Assembly (NCBI GenBank): GCA_040954595.2
Contig: CM082590.2
Coordinates: 9,946,088 to 10,010,087 of the forward strand
Direction of reading: 5' to 3'
Length of the DNA stretch: 64,000 bases
DNA from: Balanoglossus misakiensis
Taxonomy: Eukaryota; Animalia; Hemichordata
Part shown: piece by piece, positions 56,315 to 64,000 of the stretch
Numbering within the stretch: the stretch's first letter is position 1
How the letters are laid out: each line of letters begins with the position of its first letter
Notes under the pieces: model-generated
Seen by the model: the letters and a program-made list of their open reading frames with translations, nothing else
What the model was told of the DNA's origin: nothing
The model's database searches: none
Translations under genes and position numbers: made by a program

Positions 56315-56741
56315 CTGCTGCGTTCACCCACGGATAGAGCGTGGTGGGGTTCTGCACTTGGGTGACCGAGTCTGCACTGGACAGCGGGCTGCAGTGATCC
56401 TTCAGTCCGTCGTAGTCAGCGGTGTGCGAGCTCCACGCCGTGGAGTATCCCGGCAGACGAGCGTCCCAGCTGGCGATCGTCGTCGGATTCTGACCCAGAG
56501 CGCCGTAATTGACGACTCCAGCGGTAACTGTATCGTACCCGGCCGAGTTACCGACGGTCCCGCAGTAGCCCTGTTGACTGGAAGAGCTCTGTGGGTAGGC
56601 CGACGCGGGGTACCCGTTCCTGGGGGCAGGGCGCTTGGTGGCAGTGCTGAAGGCACATGACGGTAGCTCAAACCCGCTCGGATACAAGCTCTCGCCCGGT
56701 TGATATTTTGCAAATAAAGAATTAACGAAATACGAACTCAT
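56315..56741 (-). CDS. Hox7: Hox7 exon 1 (SSYF motif, YPWV hexapeptide variant)
   Basis: MSSYFVNSLFAKY start (Hox7/8-like) and LYPWVNAAG, followed by a splice donor. Confidence 0.9.
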
Positions 56742-56755
56742 CGTAAAGTTGGTAT

Positions 56756-56883
56756 GTGATTTGTGATCCGCGCTGGCGTTTACAACCTCTTTGATATATA
56801 GAGGTTATAGTCAATCCACTACACTGACTTCGAATCGTCCAATACATTCCGGAATACTTGCTACATTCTTTCGACCAATCAGA
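56756..56883 (-). promoter_or_regulatory. Hox7 5' leader and proximal promoter
   Basis: CACAAATCAC at 56756-56765. TATATA at 56795-56800 sits inside a 7-bp inverted repeat (AACCTCT 56784-56790 / AGAGGTT 56800-56806). Two CCAAT boxes at 56839 and 56875. Confidence 0.65.
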
Positions 56884-58020
56884 TGGCAGGAACCGACTAC
56901 CATCGCAGGGGATCGTATTTTAGTATTAATGAGATGAGAGGGATGTCTTGTTGACTTTCCTTATGAGGCGGGGGTCAGGGGTTAATCGCGTCAGTTTTTC
57001 TGTCGTTGTAATCATTGTAAATAGTACAAAAAGAGGGTTTGTAAAAAATGTACAAAAATCACTGTCGTTTGGAATCATAGGGCTCGAACTGTGAGTCTGA
57101 GCCGGTGGATTGGTTGCCTTCAATGGGAAAAGTCTGCTTGCGATGGCATAGCGTTTGTTAACGACAAAGTGTCTCATAAAACAGACACCAGCGTGAATTG
57201 AATGGGAACCCGAATGATGTAAGTTGACAAGCTGGTCTTTATGATAGCAGTGAATACCTCGCCGAGCAAGACAACGGGTACTTGTGAACTCATAAACAAC
57301 GTTCATAAATTTGTGAAGCGCTCAGCTTCCGTAGGACAATAAAATACACACTTGCTACATTGAGCTGAATTCTGACAGAAAAAAAAAATCATATACCGTC
57401 GAGAAAAAACATCTGGGAGTTAAAAATCGAGATGTAGCCAGTTCGTGGCGCCGCTTAATCAAATACACATTTGACCGGTGCTGTAAAAAGTTGCTACGGG
57501 GAGCAATTCGACCCCCAAATTAACATAGCCGATCAGTGTGATTTTCCAACTGTCGTCTGCGCGAATTTTCCCGCCAACAGAAATTACGGAGTAAATGAAA
57601 TTGTGGTCGAAACCACATGGCCATGTAAATAACATCGACGTCTGAGTTAGAATTTACTTCAGCGTACACCACCGTTGGGTAAGCTATAAAGAGGTTATAT
57701 TGAAACAAAGTTTGCTGGAGGCCAAACAAATATATTACTGTGCTTGAAGTTTGGGAAATAAAAATCTGATTTATACAGGCTGGTTACCGCTATGATGAAA
57801 GCCAGCGTTTACCTTCTTATGCGCTTAGACAAGTGTCACAACGCATTTGATGTGATCAGATACAAGTCGTGATAGGGAGTTTAATGAGTTTCCCAGCCGG
57901 GGAAAACTCGGTGCTTGTTCAGTGCAGAAGAAACACGTCAGGTTTTGTTTCATCTAACACATACGACTGAAACAAACAGTTTGAGTGATGTCGGCCAACT
58001 TTTAAACTCAAATTGTATGC

Positions 58021-58180
58021 AAAAAGTATCAATGTGCTTACACTTTGATCACAAAGTATCAAACTTGCTACAATTTGAATACAAAGTATCAAACTAGCTA
58101 CAATGTGATCAAAAAGTATCAAGCTGGTTACAATTTAATCACAAAGTATTAAACTGGTTACACTTTGATCACAAAGTATA
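58021..58180. repeat. Minisatellite, ~5.3 copies of a 30-bp unit
   Basis: Units start at 58021, 58051, 58081, 58111, 58141 and 58171. Consensus is approximately ACAAAGTATCAAACTGGTTACAATTTGATC, with no spacers. Confidence 0.95.
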
Positions 58181-61100
58181 ACCAGACGATTGTTTTTGTT
58201 GTCTTAAGACTGAAAATTGCAAATGTTACTAATGATAATTCAATATTGCTACATGTATTAATATGGTAATATATCAACCAGCTAATTGCGTAGTAATTTG
58301 ACGTTGTTCTGTTGCAATCTAAATCGATAAGAACGGTCACGGAAGGAGATCTTGGGCATAAAACTCAACGGCAAGTTGCTCTGGGCTAATACACGTCAAG
58401 CGTGCTGTGAATTAATTGCTGCGCTAAGGACGGAGATCCCAGCGTATAATTCATCCGACCTCTGACGAGAGGTCAGGACGCGCTCACAGCTTTCCGTAGA
58501 GAAAAATTACGTCCAAAACTTTCGAATTCACTGGAGCGAACTGCGCCCACCTTGCACGTGGGATCAAGACTGTGGACACGAGAAACCAAGTACGGAAAAC
58601 GCCCGCGGCAAGTCAGTCGAGCCGCGAAGGATACCGTGGCCCAGAAAAAAATGTTTTAATCCAAGATGTTTTTCAACTACCAGTACAGTCTGCCCGCGGT
58701 GGCAAAAGGCAACAATTGTAAATCAACGCCATCGCGACTGCACAGGAAGAGGACAAAAATAGTGACTATTCGTGTCAAACAGCTACTTTGAACACGAAGA
58801 AAATAATCTTCACACCGATTTTAGTTATTACAGTATTACAGCTCACGCGATCAGGGAAAAGTTCAATGCGCTGTCGGTATATGTGAAAAACTTATCTGGT
58901 ACGGACTGGAAATTACTATAATCCAGTATAAACGAGGAATTTAGGGCGGTGTTATTATTTGACCGAGCGACATGTTTGTGTTTACGTCACAGCAGCGATG
59001 TGACAACATTTGAGAAGGTTTAACAGCTGTATATGCTAACTACAAAGACATAACTTTTAGACAGAGAGAAATCATGAAATACAGGTAACATACCATCTCT
59101 TCGAACTCCTTTTACGGTGAGTTGTCGACCTTTTTACCCACAAGCCAAAACTTGACCTATAGCAAAAAGTAAAAGGTAAACAGAATTGAATGCAAGTTGG
59201 TTGTGATCAATAGAACAATGCTGATTCTATACATATGTACTGGGAATTGTACTGCTCATACTCTTGGGAGATGAGATATAAAGACCAAACTCGCTGAACA
59301 CTGTTATCAAAAGTTACATCAACACAGCTATTAGAATAGAAAACCACAGACAGATTTAAATAGACGCGTGTAGCATCAGTGGAGAGGAACTTGTTGTGGA
59401 AAAAAATATTTTAATAGTGATCCATCCTGTTTTATTTTTACAAAAAAATATTCTACGTACCTTCGTGTGTTGAAACTGTAGTTCTGACCGACCGACCCTC
59501 ATGTTTTTGTTTGGTCAGAGAAAAGATGCGAAGTCGTCAAATAGTATGTCCTAAAGAAAGAGATAATCAATCAATCAATCATTTAATCACCTGACTGTAT
59601 TTTTATTTGTTGTGGGCACTTGCATTTAAAACAATACGTTAAACCGAGGATCGCTACCAATACTCAGAACTGTAGCGAGGTACGCAGCGTATGTTTTACG
59701 ACGTTTACGACAATTATCGTAAATCGTTGTGATACTATAAGGCTTTTACGGCATCATTGAAATAGCAGCACTTGTATCTTTATAGCCTGTAATATTACCA
59801 CTTACGAGAGTCAACATTTCCGAACAACCCTCGCATCCACTTTAGATTGCGGGAGAAATAAACAATATGTGTCGTGGAAATTGTTCACCAGTGAAAAATA
59901 TGGCGTACTTATTTCAGCCATAACGTTGAGCAGACGACAATGTCTTCCCGCCCACCCACTTTCTATCAGATTTAAGAGGATGAATCAAACGAATGAAATG
60001 CACAGTCTCACGCACTCGACATCCTCAATTAAAGCCCCAGTAACTTTTGGCCCTTTTCCAGCATTTTTCTCCGATGCATCAACTCTAGTTTCTTGTTCTT
60101 TTCTGGATAGCTTTAAAAAATGTTCAGTCCTTGGCTTCTCAACAGGGGAGAAGAAACCGCAGCCCATATCCTTGCCCGTATTGATTCAATTCAATTTTCT
60201 TCTCTCCCACTAAACTTTGAAAGTTTTAACAAATTCATGTAACTGACTGACTAGATATAAAATGTTGGATTGTTATACAGATTATGCCTATTCACCAGGG
60301 TATGTTTAAAAACCATAAGTTATACGGCCTAGTACATGGCGCATAAAGTAATGCAAACGGCTGGTTTAGCATATGCTCAACTCGAGACAGGCACATCAAG
60401 ATTCACCCTTGATATATGTTATATGTGTGGCACGGTGAACTGCGATTTCAAAAAGATGAAAATCCAATATCATACTACAAAATGGCTGAAAACATTTCAC
60501 ACACGTGCTCTTCCGTATTTCACAACCGAAACTTAAGCTGTGTTGGGGCTCCCTCAGTGAAACAGGTTGCAAGAAGCCAACGTGTCTGCGAAATGACTAA
60601 CATGTAACAATCGATGCAACAGTTGGCACGGCCGCGCCACACAAAGCTTTTGTAATTTCTGTTACATTGTCTGTGTTACATTGTACAAATGTAGTACATC
60701 CGTCGCATCATATGTACCGCGTTAGAATTTTACTTGTTACATTTTAGTCAACTATTCTTCCTCATAGCGGAGTTACCGGATGTTTCTGTCACGTGGCACA
60801 AGCGGCACGCGCTTTGGAAATGCGCGCCCCAGCTGACTACTATAGGCAAGGGGATGAACAAAATATACACAGCTCATGTAACTTCAAGTAAAACTGGTAG
60901 CACTTGTCCCCACGTGATCCATTGGCCGGTTCTTTTGAAATACCAAGTTAAAACTTAGTTTACGTCACAATAAATCCATGAATCATTTTTGGGTACGAGT
61001 CGCACCAATCAAATAAACCGCACGTTCTTCAGCAAAACTGATTGTAACCGCGCGTATTCGGGGATGATTCCCGCTTTACATCGTGCATAAATCTTCGGCA

Positions 61101-62734
61101 AACGTCTGCTATTATGACAATGATGGCTCGTCATCTTTCTCTCCTACCTCTCAAAATATGTAAACATTTGTTCGAACATATTGTAGCAGTGCGCTTCAGT
61201 CCACGCGCCATATGGATTCTGTCGACCATTTTTAAAGCCCAAAAAGAACAATATTTTTGTTTCTGTTTTCTCATATTCTAGGGGTATAACTTTAGGTTCA
61301 GGTATCGATTGTGTTACGATAACTTAAAAATTGCAGACACAAGCTTTCCTTCGTAATTACAGTCACCGAATTCCAGTACTCGTAAAAGTCACCCTGATTT
61401 TTTTTTCAGTAAAAAAAAACTTGCGGGCATTTTTATCACGGCAACTTCTGATTTAACCGTGTCCATGGCCAGTTTTTTTTGTAATTGCTGGGCAAAAACT
61501 TGGGTCAATCAGCGAAACAGTTTGACGCCTAATCGTTTTAACACTTGCCTTTTTTCACAGCCCATCGCAGTCATTAATGCAAAAGCAATAGAAATTTTAT
61601 CGCCCGTAGTCCGTTATGGCCTATTATTACATCAGCCCACGTGTCTCCAACAATGCCCTGCCGTGAGATATTTCGCCCGCAGCCAAGTTGAGCTCTCCAG
61701 AGCTTCCCAACTCTGACAAGTTTCTCCCTGTGACGAATTGCTTTATTAAGGCTCTCCCCCTTCTGGATATGCTTTTGGATTTCGTTTTAAATCTGCCAAG
61801 TTTCCCTCGGTCATTATTTGGCGATTGTCGTAAATTTCGTGGAGCAGGGCTTTTTCGGCGCTAATTACTCGTAAGCACATCGCAGTCCCTCGACTCTTTG
61901 TACAGGTCAAGCCTCGTGCAGCCATGTTATTGTTTGACCCGGTGTGTTCCCACAATGCACCAGAGAGGTCACTGCTATGTCTGGTTGAAATATAATCATT
62001 GTCAACAGAATAAAAACTGTCTTTCCTTACAAAACACACAACCAAAACATGGATGCAGTAGGCGATTCTTGCCCACGATTGAAAGAACCCCGTATGCAAG
62101 TTTTACGCGGCTAGCATTCTCAACAGAGCATGTTATATTTCTAAGTGAATTTTTTTATGGTGCAACTGCCCGCGGCCGAACAGATTTACAAATTTTTATT
62201 CTCCGGGAGTTGTTCAATGGTTTCTGGATGAATTATTTTCGGTAATTTACTCGTTCGTTTTGATTTGTATAATAAGTAAGTATGACACTAACATCTTATA
62301 AATCCGCACTTTGTCATAAAAAACGACCCGTCAGTAAAATGTGTAATTAGGCTGGCGTCCGTGTAGCTGCCCCGTCGCTATTTTATTTCTTGCGAATAAT
62401 TGTTTGATGTGGAGACGCTGAAATTAAGGTCACCTCGCGATGCTTGCTTCTTCGTTGTTGGACAGATGCAGAGCGCTCAATGGCCACTTTAACGTTACAC
62501 ATCACTGGCCAGTTGCACGTGTCTTAAAACAACAACAAGCCTAATTAATTGAAGCGATAATTCCACGCAATCTAAAACGACGTTTATACGTGGGGCAATT
62601 CATTTAATTTCAGTCATTTCGTTTCAGACTTTTAACAAGAGAAGTGAATAATTAATTTAAATTAATTTTCATCACAGATTAGAAAACGGGATAGTTTGTG
62701 GGAAATAGCTTAATTATAAATAATCTATGCATGC

Positions 62735-62735
62735 C

Positions 62736-62780
<45 letters not shown>
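62735..62780. repeat. (GTCT)n microsatellite
   Basis: Directly visible perfect run. Confidence 0.95.
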
Positions 62781-63830
62781 TTCTCAGGTTGCCAAATATA
62801 TTTTTTTTTCTCGACAAGAAAAATGTCAGTACGCAAGAAATGACAAGAACCAGACATCATTTCCTCTGATGGCAAAATAAATCTTGGTATCTTTGAATGA
62901 CAATAAGAAATGCTATATTATCTGTCAACCTTCATGAAATTTATAAATCTTTTTTGGTGTCTTTCTCTTGCAGCTGTTCGATGATTTGCATAACAAAACC
63001 ACTAAGAGCCACTCTGCGCATGTCAGCGAAAGCTCTGTAAGTACACTTTCGGTTCACCTACCTACAGACTAGGCATATATATTAGTATACATCTATTTGT
63101 TTTAATTTTAATAGAAGCAATAGCTGCTTGCATTGAAGATAGTTTTCACTTCAATTATTCTGGTAAAAGGCTCTGAACATATAGTTACACTTATCATGCA
63201 CTTGTTTGAATTATCAATACTAGGAGTTAGTGCTATCATGATGCGATCGAGGCATCACAACAACCGACTTTCATACAGCGCCACCATCCTATCAAGATTA
63301 GTGAGGAATTCGTTACTATTAGCAACAGCGTCTATCGGGTCAACAAATGCGCATGCGTGCAGCATTGACAACTGTTCTACGAGGAACTCACGAGATATGA
63401 GATATTTATAGATTTTTAAAATAAGTTGAGTTTTGTTCTGGGATACAAGACAAGGAGTGGAGAGCGAGAACATCAAAGTCGACGCCAGGATCAATCTAAA
63501 TGCCCGAACACTGCATGGCAACCTTTGGATCAAACGTGACAATTATTGCTCTATAATGGTTTAGGTAAAGAGTGTACTTGTACCACGAGAACAAGGGGAC
63601 CACTTTAACTCTGTAGTAATGCGAGCGGCAACTCCTTTGAAGAAAGTTTCTGCAGTGAGGATAACCCTTAGCATACTAACAGATAGCGGTGTACCGTTTA
63701 GAGCTTGCAGACCTATTCAGACACAGAATGATGCGCGTATGTAAATAGTATCCCTGTCTAGAGCATTTATTTGTTCTCTGTGCTTATATATGTATAGATA
63801 CTATTCACTTGTACACAGTAAAATGGCCAC

Positions 63831-63960
63831 TGTATGTATGTATGTATGTATGTTTATATGAATGTATGTATCTATGTATCTATATATCTATGTATCTATG
63901 TATGTGTATATGAGAAAATTATTTCCTGAAAGATGATATATATATATGAAATATGTATAT
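63831..63960. repeat. (TATG)n/(TA)n low-complexity repeat
   Basis: Directly visible. Confidence 0.85.
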
Positions 63961-64000
63961 GAAAAAAGACAATTCATTTTTCGGGAAATGATTTTCTCAT

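Noticed and set aside
58021-58180. CRISPR-like array
   Set aside because: Head-to-tail repeats without unique spacers, in eukaryotic DNA with no cas genes.
63108-63542. Minus-strand frame of ~145 codons interrupted by a single TGA at 63255 (pseudogene or selenoprotein?)
   Set aside because: No ATG start, no recognisable family and no SECIS-like structure seen. Compatible with chance.

Overview
This is eukaryotic (animal) genomic DNA: the central part of an intact Hox cluster. Three two-exon Antp-class homeobox genes lie on the minus strand in the colinear order Hox5 (2929-5229), Hox6 (29766-31999) and Hox7 (53208-56741), with start codons about 27 kb and 25 kb apart. Each has an N-terminal MSSYF motif, a YPW(M/V) hexapeptide and a phase-1 GT-AG intron splitting a Gly codon just before the homeodomain. 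The Hox7 homeodomain (RCRQ...IELSHLL...MKYKKES) is of the ambulacrarian type. With Hox6 present and all genes co-oriented, an enteropneust hemichordate is the most likely source (inference; a crinoid is not excluded). No other protein gene, intact transposon, tRNA/rRNA or miR-10 hairpin was recognised. The interesting signal is non-coding. The same 10-mer (CACAAATCAC) precedes all three start codons, and Hox5 and Hox6 share an E-box/CCAAT module. There are clusters of DR1 and Pbx-Hox/Cdx-type sites, several recurrent 9-20 nt motifs, candidate spliced non-coding exons on both strands, small MITE-like elements and tandem repeats. Motif counts were made by eye and are minimum counts. All regulatory roles are hypotheses.
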